Assembly: GCA_002412645.1 (NCBI GenBank)
Contig: DHVL01000020.1
Coordinates: 1 to 35,963, forward strand
Reading direction: 5' to 3'
DNA length: 35,963 bases
From: Candidatus Dojkabacteria bacterium UBA5209
GTDB taxonomy: Bacteria > Patescibacteriota > Dojkabacteria > SC72
The translations under genes were made by a program, and so were the position numbers. Position 1 is the stretch's first letter. The number at the start of each line of letters is the position of its first letter. Below the pieces are notes generated by a model, which saw nothing but the letters and a program-made list of their open reading frames with translations, was not told the origin of the DNA and did not search any database. Below are positions 17,100-24,887 of this stretch, one piece after another.

Positions 17100-19091
17100 A
17101 TGATAGAGAAAGCCTCTAGAGCAATAGAATTTGCTACAGCAGCATCCTTAGTTGGTTCTTCAATAGCTGGATGTTCACCAACTCCTAATAGCCAATCCAC
17201 ATACGAAAACACCCCTATTCCTAAGGAACCAAGTGCAGCTGAGATCGTAGACAGTAACATTGAAGACATTAGCTATCATACAGAAAGAATTGATACCCAA
17301 GCTCAAGAGAGAGTTGAAGAAAAAAATGAGATACCTGAATTTTTTGCAGAACAAAAAGCTTTTGATTTTGAGATATTAAATATCTCTGATTGGAGTAATT
17401 TTGAATTAGAGGAAATAGAAGAGAAAGAAGCTGGATATGGTATTGATGTGACAAAGGAAACCTCTATGTTCATGATTCCACTTAAAAGTGATAACTTCTT
17501 TGATGACAAGAAAGAGGTGAAAGAGATTCTAGCCCCAAGTGGAAGCACTTTTGAGATAGCAGAAGTTAGAACACTCGTTGGTCCTAAAGGAGAAAAGATT
17601 AAGATAGGTAATATTGCGAATACCTACGGGGCTAATGTTCTTTCTACAGTTGTTTTAGAAGCTGAAGATAGTAATGGAATAAAAGAAGTATTTACAGAAG
17701 AAAGAGAGAGAAATGAAAAAACTGTCTCATACGTTGCAACAGAAGATTTCATATATCCAAACAAAGTCGAAAATATCTTACTTGCTCTAAGAAATATATC
17801 CTCTTTTCAGGAAGAAAACGGAGGTTTAAAAAAAGGAGAAGAGTATTCATATATAGATATGGTTGGATTAAAAGAGAAGAGCTACGAATATAGAAGTGGT
17901 TTAACCTCTACTGGAGGAATTGTTAGAGGTGGTGGTGTTTGTGCTATATCTACAGGTGTTTCTTCCTTAATACATGTTCAGGATTCAGATGAGTACAAAG
18001 TTTTAGAAAGATGGGCAGAACCAGAAAGATACTTTCAAGGACCCTTTAGTCCTTCAGAATATATCGTAGACTCAAGCGTTGACTATAATGAATCGAATAC
18101 TTACGACCTTAGATGGATACAGGGGGAGGATAAATATATACATATTAATATATTTCTCTCTCCTTCAGATATTCCTTTTGAACAAACAAATCAAGATGGT
18201 GTAGGAGGAATTTCTGATGTAATAATGGTTGTATCACTTTCATTCGAAGACAATGCACAAGAGGATCAAACGGAGTATATATCTGAAATATTAAGACAGT
18301 ATGAAGGGTATAGAGATTCCAATCATGCAACAAAGCTAAACCCCTTACAAATGGAGGTAAATATTCTTAATCATCCCGTTAGTCCAGAAATTTTTGATGC
18401 TATAGAACTCCTCTATAATGTAGAAGATATTAGAGAATTTGAGACAAGAATTGAAGAGAAAGTTGACTTCCAAAACATACTTAAATTACAAGAAGCAGTT
18501 AACAGTTACGATGAAGAATCTGGAATTCCTTTGAAAATATATCTCAAGGAAACAGAGTGGTATAAACAGTTTAAAGACGAAGAGAGTCAGAAAAATGCAG
18601 ATAGGATACTGCAATTAGCAACGATTAGTAGAGTCCCAGGACAGCCTTTACAGTGTGTAGGGTTTGTAATGGTTGCCTCATGGCTATACCCAGAGCTCTC
18701 TATTCCATACGTTGGTGGTGCTCAAGTAACAACTGCAAGAGAGTTAGTACCGCCCGAACTTAGAGGATACAATTACAGTGAGGTTCGTAGATGGTATACC
18801 AACTATGGAGGTTCAGTAGCTCTTGGAGGGAAATTAACTATTGATATGTATGAACCAGGAGATTTGTTCATTAGAACAGATGGAGCAAAAGCTGCTTCAA
18901 CACAAAAACCAACAGGTCATATAGGATTCATAATGGATAAAATTGTAAAAGAAAATGGAGAAATAGTACTACTCGTTGCAGATTCTAATAGATACAACGA
19001 TGGGAAGATAAGAGTCTTTACTGTAGATGAAAGTAATATGGAAGAAGTTCTTGGAACAACACAAAGATATCTTGTAAGATCTTCGAATTAA
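17100..19091 (+). CDS. Putative lipoprotein with VanW-like and C-terminal CHAP/NlpC-P60-like cysteine peptidase domains
   Basis: Lipobox-like SSIAGC follows a short basic N-terminus. The VanW-like core is KKGEEYSYIDMVG...GGIVRGGGVCAISTGVSS...VDYNESNTYDLRWIQGEDKYIHINI. The C-terminal papain-like pair is PLQCVGFVMVASW and PTGHIGFIMDK...LLVADSN. Confidence 0.55.
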   Translation: MIEKASRAIEFATAASLVGSSIAGCSPTPNSQSTYENTPIPKEPSAAEIVDSNIEDISYHTERIDTQAQERVEEKNEIPEFFAEQKAFDFEILNISDWSNFELEEIEEKEAGYGIDVTKETSMFMIPLKSDNFFDDKKEVKEILAPSGSTFEIAEVRTLVGPKGEKIKIGNIANTYGANVLSTVVLEAEDSNGIKEVFTEERERNEKTVSYVATEDFIYPNKVENILLALRNISSFQEENGGLKKGEEYSYIDMVGLKEKSYEYRSGLTSTGGIVRGGGVCAISTGVSSLIHVQDSDEYKVLERWAEPERYFQGPFSPSEYIVDSSVDYNESNTYDLRWIQGEDKYIHINIFLSPSDIPFEQTNQDGVGGISDVIMVVSLSFEDNAQEDQTEYISEILRQYEGYRDSNHATKLNPLQMEVNILNHPVSPEIFDAIELLYNVEDIREFETRIEEKVDFQNILKLQEAVNSYDEESGIPLKIYLKETEWYKQFKDEESQKNADRILQLATISRVPGQPLQCVGFVMVASWLYPELSIPYVGGAQVTTARELVPPELRGYNYSEVRRWYTNYGGSVALGGKLTIDMYEPGDLFIRTDGAKAASTQKPTGHIGFIMDKIVKENGEIVLLVADSNRYNDGKIRVFTVDESNMEEVLGTTQRYLVRSSN

Positions 19092-20095
19092 ATATACATC
19101 ATCCCCATTAACTCTCTTACCTCTTTAAGAGTTTCTTGAGCATTCTTTTTAGCAATCTCATTGTCTTCCTGTATCTTCTTAACAATATCTTCTTCCTTAA
19201 TCTGTGACTTTCTCTCTTGGAAGTCTCTTAGATATTTCTCTAAAGATATATTAATTACAGATTTAAGCTCACCCATTACATTCTCACCCTTAAAATGCCT
19301 ATTCATGATATTAGAGATTTCTCCTTCCTCATCTTCATTACCAACAAACTCCCCTATCAATACCAATGCCTCTAATGTATCAGAATTCTCACCTGCAAAT
19401 GCAGTTTGTGCTTTCTGTATTTTCTTTAAGGAAATATCTATAGGGTCATCAAGAAGTATTGCACCATTTGAATCTGTTTTACTCATCTTCCCATTACCAT
19501 TTAAAGACTTAACTCTAACAGGTTTACCCAATGACAAAACCTTTGGTATTGGGAATACATTCCCATATTTTTTGTTAAACTTCTGAGCAAGTAATCTTGT
19601 AATCTCAATATGTACTACCTGATCTTCTCCTACAGGAACATACTCTGATTTTTGTAAAAGAATATCAGCAGCCATCATTATCGGATACATAGCTAAAAGG
19701 ACATTAGCATTAGTTTCATTTTGACCTTTCTTAATCTTTTCTTTTAATGTAGGTATTCTCATTAACTCTGCTAATGTAAGTAATCTTGAAAGATATATCG
19801 TTAACTCTGATACTTCACTTACAAGTGCTGATTGTACAAATATCCTGTTTTTTTGAGGATCTAAACCTAGTGCAATGTAATCTTTCACGACCTCCATTAC
19901 ATTCTTCTGACTCTCTTTTGGTTCAGCATCAGTTAATGCATGTAAATCTGCAACAAATACCATACTCTCCTTTATTTGATTTTCATTCTGAAGCATAACA
20001 ATTGGATTTACCCCCCCTATTGCATTTGCAATAGTTAAACCACCAGATGGCCTAATACCTGTAAAAACTTCTGTTTTGTACTCTAAATTTTTCAT
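19088..20095 (-). CDS. trpS: Tryptophan--tRNA ligase
   Basis: FTGIRPSGGLTIANAIGG is a class-I HIGH-equivalent, comparable to E. coli TrpRS TIGN. ADLHALTD and the KMSKS-type loop GKMSKTD are also present. Confidence 0.9.
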   Translation of the reverse strand: MKNLEYKTEVFTGIRPSGGLTIANAIGGVNPIVMLQNENQIKESMVFVADLHALTDAEPKESQKNVMEVVKDYIALGLDPQKNRIFVQSALVSEVSELTIYLSRLLTLAELMRIPTLKEKIKKGQNETNANVLLAMYPIMMAADILLQKSEYVPVGEDQVVHIEITRLLAQKFNKKYGNVFPIPKVLSLGKPVRVKSLNGNGKMSKTDSNGAILLDDPIDISLKKIQKAQTAFAGENSDTLEALVLIGEFVGNEDEEGEISNIMNRHFKGENVMGELKSVINISLEKYLRDFQERKSQIKEEDIVKKIQEDNEIAKKNAQETLKEVRELMGMMYI

Positions 20096-20141
20096 ACTCT
20101 TTTCTTTAAACTAACTCCCTGATTATATCATTAATTTAAAC

Positions 20142-20150
20142 TGATATAAT
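20142..20150 (+). promoter_or_regulatory. Extended -10 promoter element TGATATAAT upstream of the UDG gene
   Basis: A TGnTATAAT ends 9 nt before the ATG at 20159. This implies a very short leader or none. Confidence 0.35.
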
Positions 20151-20158
20151 ATGGGAAT

Positions 20159-20809
20159 ATGAAGATAGAGAATTTTAGGAGTTTAAAAGAGATTCATGAA
20201 TACTTTGCAGTAAATAATAGGTGTGGCTTAAAAAAAACTGCTACACAACCTGTATATGAAATAACCCCACCAAGTTCTGGAATAGTTTTCATTGGTGAAG
20301 CACCAGGATTAAATGAAGACAAACAGGGAAAACCATTTGTAGGTGCAGCAGGTAAACTACTCGATGAACTACTCTCAATTGTTAATTACTCAAGGAAGGA
20401 TGTATATGTAACAAATGTCGTTAAGTACAGACCTCCTAACAACAGAGACCCACTTCCTGAAGAAAAGGATGCTTGTAGAGCATGGGTAAATGCAGAGCTC
20501 ATATTCATTAAACCTAGGGTGATAATTCCACTTGGTAAACATGCATTAGAAAGGTTTCTACCAGATCTTAAGATCTCTTTTGCACACGGCCAAGCATATG
20601 AACACAGTACAGGCATACCAATCTTCGCTATGTATCACCCTGCAGTAGCACTTTACAATCCCACATTAAAATCTACATTAGAAAAAGATTTCCAAATACT
20701 TAAAGATTTTCTAGATGGAAAAGTAGAGATACAAAAAACCAAACCTAATGAAGATACCATACTAAGCAAAGAGAAACAATCTCTCGTAGATGACTTACTA
20801 AATCTCTAA
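20159..20809 (+). CDS. Uracil-DNA glycosylase, family 4 type
   Basis: Motif A is FIGEAPGLNEDKQGKPFVGAAGKLLDELL and motif B is AMYHPAVALYNP. The four-Cys Fe-S pattern common in family 4 is not evident. Confidence 0.85.
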   Translation: MKIENFRSLKEIHEYFAVNNRCGLKKTATQPVYEITPPSSGIVFIGEAPGLNEDKQGKPFVGAAGKLLDELLSIVNYSRKDVYVTNVVKYRPPNNRDPLPEEKDACRAWVNAELIFIKPRVIIPLGKHALERFLPDLKISFAHGQAYEHSTGIPIFAMYHPAVALYNPTLKSTLEKDFQILKDFLDGKVEIQKTKPNEDTILSKEKQSLVDDLLNL

Positions 20810-21402
20810 TTACTCCAACCTACATCGTAGAAGATTTTTTCTGCTGCAGTCTCGTAATCCATAATCTCGGTTGCATTAAACCAAAGACCAATTTCTCTCT
20901 GGGCATTCTCCTCACTGTCAGAAGCATGAACCATACTTCTAGTGACCCTACCCTGTTCATCAGCAAGTGCAAATGAATCCAAAGAGAAATCAGCTCGGAT
21001 TGTTCCTACATCACCATCGGCAGGACTAGTACTACCTAACATCTTCCTTACACCACTAATTACGCCAAACCCCTGTAATACAATTGCTAAAACAGGTCCA
21101 CATGTAAGGTAATGAATATTAGATTCTCTAATCCACTTACCCCTAGCTAATGAATCCCAATTACTCACATCCTCACCTCTTGCAATAGCACCCTTCTTTG
21201 CTTTCTCACCCGTTTCCATTAAGTACTCCTCTCTGTCTTCATAGTGCTTACCTACAAGCTCAGGACTAGGAATTAACATCTTCATAGCTACAATCTTAAA
21301 ACCTTTCCTCTCAAACCTAGAAATTAACTCACCAACAATCTGTCTCTGAATTACATCTGGTTTAAATATTACTAAACTCTTTTCTTTGTTCTTAGCTAGC
21401 AT
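20806..21402 (-). CDS. ndk: Nucleoside-diphosphate kinase (long form with internal insertion)
   Basis: Carries EKSLVIFKPDVIQRQIVGELISRFERKGFKIVAMKM and the catalytic His in SMVHASDSEENAQREIGLWF. An insertion of about 50 aa follows the first beta-alpha-beta unit. Confidence 0.88.
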   Translation of the reverse strand: MLAKNKEKSLVIFKPDVIQRQIVGELISRFERKGFKIVAMKMLIPSPELVGKHYEDREEYLMETGEKAKKGAIARGEDVSNWDSLARGKWIRESNIHYLTCGPVLAIVLQGFGVISGVRKMLGSTSPADGDVGTIRADFSLDSFALADEQGRVTRSMVHASDSEENAQREIGLWFNATEIMDYETAAEKIFYDVGWSN

Positions 21403-21441
21403 ATCAGTACTGTTTAATTTACATACCCATATTCTACAAGT

Positions 21442-21461
21442 TTAAGATTTTAAATAAAATA
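21442..21461. repeat. Left copy of a 20-nt direct repeat (TTAAGATTTTAAATAAAATA)
   Basis: 19 of 20 positions are identical to 21682..21701 (TTGAGATTTTAAATAAAATA). The copies are exactly 240 nt apart. Confidence 0.85.
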
Positions 21462-21690
21462 GATGAAACTCACACTCACAGCAAAGGTGTGTCCCTGATA
21501 TGTCCCTCTGTTTTGCCTCAATAAGACCATCCAACAAAGTTCGTGGGCTCTCTTTTGTTTTGGTCTATGCTAAAAAAAGCGGCCGAGAAGTACAAAAAGG
21601 GCTGCTCTTTCCTGATCTTGTGGGGACAGACCTAGGACAGACCTCTGGGATTTCTAGGACAGACCTCTGGGATCTGGAGTGTTGAGATTT
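21462..21690. other. GC-enriched, apparently structured intergenic element (candidate ncRNA or relic insertion), identity unknown
   Basis: This stretch is markedly more G+C-rich than its surroundings. The ends can pair: AAACTCACACTCACAG (about 21466..21481) with CTGGAGTGTTGAGATTT (about 21674..21690), about 15 bp with three bulges. There is an internal imperfect hairpin AGACCA...TGGTCT. I found no tmRNA, RNase P or SRP signature motifs. Confidence 0.35.
21624..21673. repeat. Tandem 19-nt repeat TAGGACAGACCTCTGGGAT x2 (period 22 nt) preceded by a partial copy GGACAGACC
   Basis: The exact copies are at 21633..21651 and 21655..21673, with the partial copy at 21624..21632. Each unit contains the small dyad CAGA-CC-TCTG. 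Confidence 0.85.
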
Positions 21691-21701
21691 TAAATAAAAT
21701 A
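21682..21701. repeat. Right copy of the 20-nt direct repeat
   Basis: TTGAGATTTTAAATAAAATA, see 21442..21461. Confidence 0.85.
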
Positions 21702-21762
21702 CCCCACCCCTTTAAGTCTGTACTTCTGTAAAGCTCTTTTTGTAGGATACAGGCTACCGGTT

Positions 21763-21771
21763 TGGTATAAT
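21763..21771 (+). promoter_or_regulatory. Extended -10 promoter element TGGTATAAT abutting the flavoprotein start codon
   Basis: An exact TGnTATAAT ends 6 nt before the ATG at 21777. This is consistent with a leaderless transcript. Confidence 0.4.
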
Positions 21772-21776
21772 GCACG

Positions 21777-23006
21777 ATGATATATGACACGATAATAATT
21801 GGGGGAGGAGCAGCGGGTTTACTTGCGGGAGTAGAGTGTAAAAGATTGGGAGAGTCTTTTTTAATCATAGAGAGGAATCCTAGAGTGGGTAAAAAGCTCG
21901 TGATAACGGGTAAGGGTAGATGTAATATAACTACATACAATACTAATCTAGATGATTTAATTTCTAAATACCAAAGAAATGGAAAATTTCTCTACGGTGC
22001 TTTTTCAAGATTTACTGTTGAAGATACAATAAAATATTTTGAGGAGGTTTTGAATATTCCGCTAAAAGTGGAAAGGGGGAAAAGAGTATTTCCCAAAAGC
22101 AACAGAGCCGTAGATGTAATATATGCGCTACAAAATGAAATAGGAGAGAACATATTACCCAATACATCTGTTTTGAAATTTAACCTAAATGGAAACAGTA
22201 TTAGCTCAGTATCTACTTACAAAGGGGATTTCCAAGCTAAAAGATATATTTTAGCAACAGGCGGAAAATCATTTCCCATTACTGGTTCAAATGGTGATGG
22301 ATATACATTAGCAAAAGATATAGGGCATACGATAGTGAAACCTAAACCAGCGTTGGTACCAATAATATGTGAAGAGAAATGGGTTAAAGATCTTGCGGGT
22401 CTCTCACTTAAATATGTAACCATATCTGCATATCAAGAGAAGAAGAAAGTTGTTAGTGGATTTGGTGAGGCTCTCTTTACACACGAAGGTCTTAGTGGAC
22501 CAATTGTAATAGATATGTCTAGAGAAGTTGGTGATACACTTGAGAAAGGTAATGTATCTTTAAGTATAGATTTTAAACCTGCAATACCAAGAGAAGAATT
22601 AGACCAAAGACTACAAACAGATTTAAAAAGTTTAGCAAAAAAGAACCTAAGAACATTTCTCAAAGGATATCTCCCCTCCTCTCTAATTCCTGTCTTCATT
22701 GAGCTAACCAAGATCTCTCCATCTACACAATCATGTGATATTACAAAAGACCAAAGAGAAACAATTTTAAACTTACTTAAAGATTTTAGATTAACAGTAA
22801 AAGAGATTGGTACATGGGACAAAGCAATTGTCACTTCTGGTGGTGTAAGTATTAAAGAGATAGATCCAAAGAGTATGAAATCTAAAATAGTAGAGAATCT
22901 CTACTTTGCAGGTGAGATAATGGATGTATATGGTCCTACTGGTGGATACAACTTACAAATATGTTGGAGTAGTGCTATATTAGCAGCAAGAGATACACAT
23001 CTTTAA
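21777..23006 (+). CDS. NAD(P)/FAD-dependent oxidoreductase, HI0933/BaiN-like flavoprotein
   Basis: Has YDTIIIGGGAAGLLAG (dinucleotide fold), TGKGRCNIT, ATGGKSFPITGSNGDGYTLA and the C-terminal VTSGGVSIKEIDPKSM...LYFAGEIMDVYGPTGGYNLQ. Confidence 0.85.
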   Translation: MIYDTIIIGGGAAGLLAGVECKRLGESFLIIERNPRVGKKLVITGKGRCNITTYNTNLDDLISKYQRNGKFLYGAFSRFTVEDTIKYFEEVLNIPLKVERGKRVFPKSNRAVDVIYALQNEIGENILPNTSVLKFNLNGNSISSVSTYKGDFQAKRYILATGGKSFPITGSNGDGYTLAKDIGHTIVKPKPALVPIICEEKWVKDLAGLSLKYVTISAYQEKKKVVSGFGEALFTHEGLSGPIVIDMSREVGDTLEKGNVSLSIDFKPAIPREELDQRLQTDLKSLAKKNLRTFLKGYLPSSLIPVFIELTKISPSTQSCDITKDQRETILNLLKDFRLTVKEIGTWDKAIVTSGGVSIKEIDPKSMKSKIVENLYFAGEIMDVYGPTGGYNLQICWSSAILAARDTHL

Positions 23007-23023
23007 CTTAATATATATCCCAT

Positions 23024-24619
23024 ATGTCTTTGATATCAATTTTTGAGAAAATAGAAGAGGTTAAAACATGGAGAGAGAACTCTCTTCAAACAATTCTTAA
23101 GAAATTTCCTAAAGATGGTAAGGGATTGTATAGGCATGATGAGTTGGTAAGTGCATATAAAGAGTTGGTAAAAGATGGAAAACTTAAACCTAGTAAAACA
23201 GTAGAGGAAAGAATTAGAATGAAGCCTACTAGAACTCAGTCTGGTGTTGCTACTGTAGCAGTACTCATGAAGCCCTTTGCATGCCCTGGCCAGTGTATTT
23301 TCTGTCCAAATGATATAAGAATGCCAAAGTCATATATTGCTAGTGAGCCAGGAGCACAGAGAGCCTTAAAGAATGAGTTTGATCCTTTTAATCAAACATA
23401 CAATCGTATTAAAGCTTTACAAAATATTGGTCATAATACGGATAAGATTGAGTTAATAATACTTGGTGGTACATGCTCCTTCTACCCACAGGAGTATCAA
23501 ATATGGTTTATAAAAAGATGCTTTGACGCTATGAATAGCTTTGGTACAGACAGCTATAACAACAATGACGATGGTATTAATGATATCTCATGGGAAAAAC
23601 TTCTTGAAGTCCAAAGAATAAATGAAACTGCTGTATGTAGAAATGTAGGTTTAGTTTTAGAAACTAGACCTGACTACATAACAGAGCAAGAGGTAATAAG
23701 ACTTCGTAAACTAGGAGCAACTAAAATACAAATCGGTATTCAGAGTCTAGATGACAAAATCTTAGAATTAAACAGGAGAGGTCATGGAACAAGAGAGAGT
23801 AAAAAAGCTTTTGAATTACTTAGATTAGCAGGTTTTAAAATACATGCCCATTGGATGCCTAACCTTTACGGTAGTGATGTAAAGAAAGATATTAAAGATT
23901 ACAAAAAACTCTGGGATAAAGAGTACTCTCCTGATGAATTAAAAATATATCCTACATCAGTAATTAAAGATACCTTACTAGAAACATATTACAACCAAGG
24001 TAAATATACACCATATACCCATGAAGACCTAATGACACTGTTTACTAATATATTACCCACTACTCCTAGATACTGTAGATTAACAAGGATCGTGCGAGAT
24101 ATCCCCTCTACTGAAATACTAGTTGGTAACAAGAGTAGTAACTTTAGACAGATAGCGGAGGCAGAAATATCTAAACAGGGTAAAAAGATAGAAGATATTA
24201 GAAGTAGAGAAATTAAGGGAGAGAGTATTACATGGGATGATATACAGTTAGAAACTATTAAATATGATACTACTGTTTCTAAAGAGTATTTCATCTCTTA
24301 CAAAACTAAAAAAACAGATAGAATATGTTCCTTCTTAAGACTTTCTTTACCTAAAAAAAACTCCTTCATAGATGAAATTAAAGGAATGGCTATGATAAGG
24401 GAAGTACATGTATATGGTACTGTAGTAAATATTGGTAGTGATAGTTCAGGAGAATCCCAACACTTAGGTCTAGGTAAGAAGATGATAGAGATAGCAGAGG
24501 AAATATCTTTGAAAGAAGGTTTTAACAATATTGCAGTTATTACAGCTATAGGGACTAAAGAGTATTACAAAAAAAGAGGGTTTATTAAAAACCCTCTTTA
24601 CATGACTAAAAAGTTATAA
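23024..24619 (+). CDS. elp3: Elp3-type radical-SAM / GNAT tRNA wobble-uridine modification enzyme homologue
   Basis: PTRTQSGVATVAVLMKPFACPGQCIFCPN contains the CxxxCxxC radical-SAM cluster motif in the Elp3 context. The TIM-barrel region has ELIILGGT...VGLVLETRPDYI...IQIGIQSLDD. The C-terminal GNAT acetyl-CoA motif is QHLGLGKKMIEIAEEIS. Confidence 0.85.
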   Translation: MSLISIFEKIEEVKTWRENSLQTILKKFPKDGKGLYRHDELVSAYKELVKDGKLKPSKTVEERIRMKPTRTQSGVATVAVLMKPFACPGQCIFCPNDIRMPKSYIASEPGAQRALKNEFDPFNQTYNRIKALQNIGHNTDKIELIILGGTCSFYPQEYQIWFIKRCFDAMNSFGTDSYNNNDDGINDISWEKLLEVQRINETAVCRNVGLVLETRPDYITEQEVIRLRKLGATKIQIGIQSLDDKILELNRRGHGTRESKKAFELLRLAGFKIHAHWMPNLYGSDVKKDIKDYKKLWDKEYSPDELKIYPTSVIKDTLLETYYNQGKYTPYTHEDLMTLFTNILPTTPRYCRLTRIVRDIPSTEILVGNKSSNFRQIAEAEISKQGKKIEDIRSREIKGESITWDDIQLETIKYDTTVSKEYFISYKTKKTDRICSFLRLSLPKKNSFIDEIKGMAMIREVHVYGTVVNIGSDSSGESQHLGLGKKMIEIAEEISLKEGFNNIAVITAIGTKEYYKKRGFIKNPLYMTKKL

Positions 24620-24887
24620 TAATTCGTTTACTTACCAAAAGTAAAAGAATCTAATACTTTTACACTCTCCTGATATGAATCACTTGGAGTCTTACTCTGG
24701 AAATATAATACTGTGTAAACATAGCTATCATTAACTACAACATATCCATTCCACATACCACTATCCGAAGTAGATGTCTGGGTGTATGAGTTACATACAT
24801 ATGAGACTCATACAATTAATTAACAATCCCCATAGTACATGATACAATAATTTACTCCCCAAGTTATTTTCTATACATCTTAACAAT

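Noticed and set aside
19088-20095. An apparently degenerate HIGH motif (TIAN) in TrpRS as a sign of a pseudo-synthetase
   Set aside because: Bacterial TrpRS enzymes, including the E. coli one, naturally carry TIGN at this position. The KMSK loop and the rest of the core are intact.
21624-21673. The 19-nt tandem repeats as a mini CRISPR array
   Set aside because: There are only two full copies separated by 3 nt, with no spacers of CRISPR length and no cas genes.
21462-21690. Assigning the GC-rich element to tmRNA, RNase P RNA, SRP RNA or a tRNA
   Set aside because: I found no GGTTCGAATCC-type T-arm or CCA end, no GAGGAAAGTCC-type P4 motif, and no GGTCCGGAAGGAAGCAGC SRP domain IV. The minus-strand TCAGGAAAGAGCAGCC is only a loose resemblance. 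The identity is left open.
21500-21940. ORFs 21500..21685 (+, 61 aa) and 21632..21940 (-, 102 aa) in the ndk/flavoprotein intergenic region
   Set aside because: They overlap each other, the tandem repeats and the start of a well-supported flavoprotein gene. Their composition is repeat-driven (TDLGQTSGISRTDLWDL), so the region is more consistent with non-coding sequence.
24626-24650. AT-rich hairpin TTTACTT-ACCAA-AAGTAAA after the Elp3 stop as a terminator
   Set aside because: The 7-bp stem has a single G-C pair and no following T-tract, so it is too weak to call.
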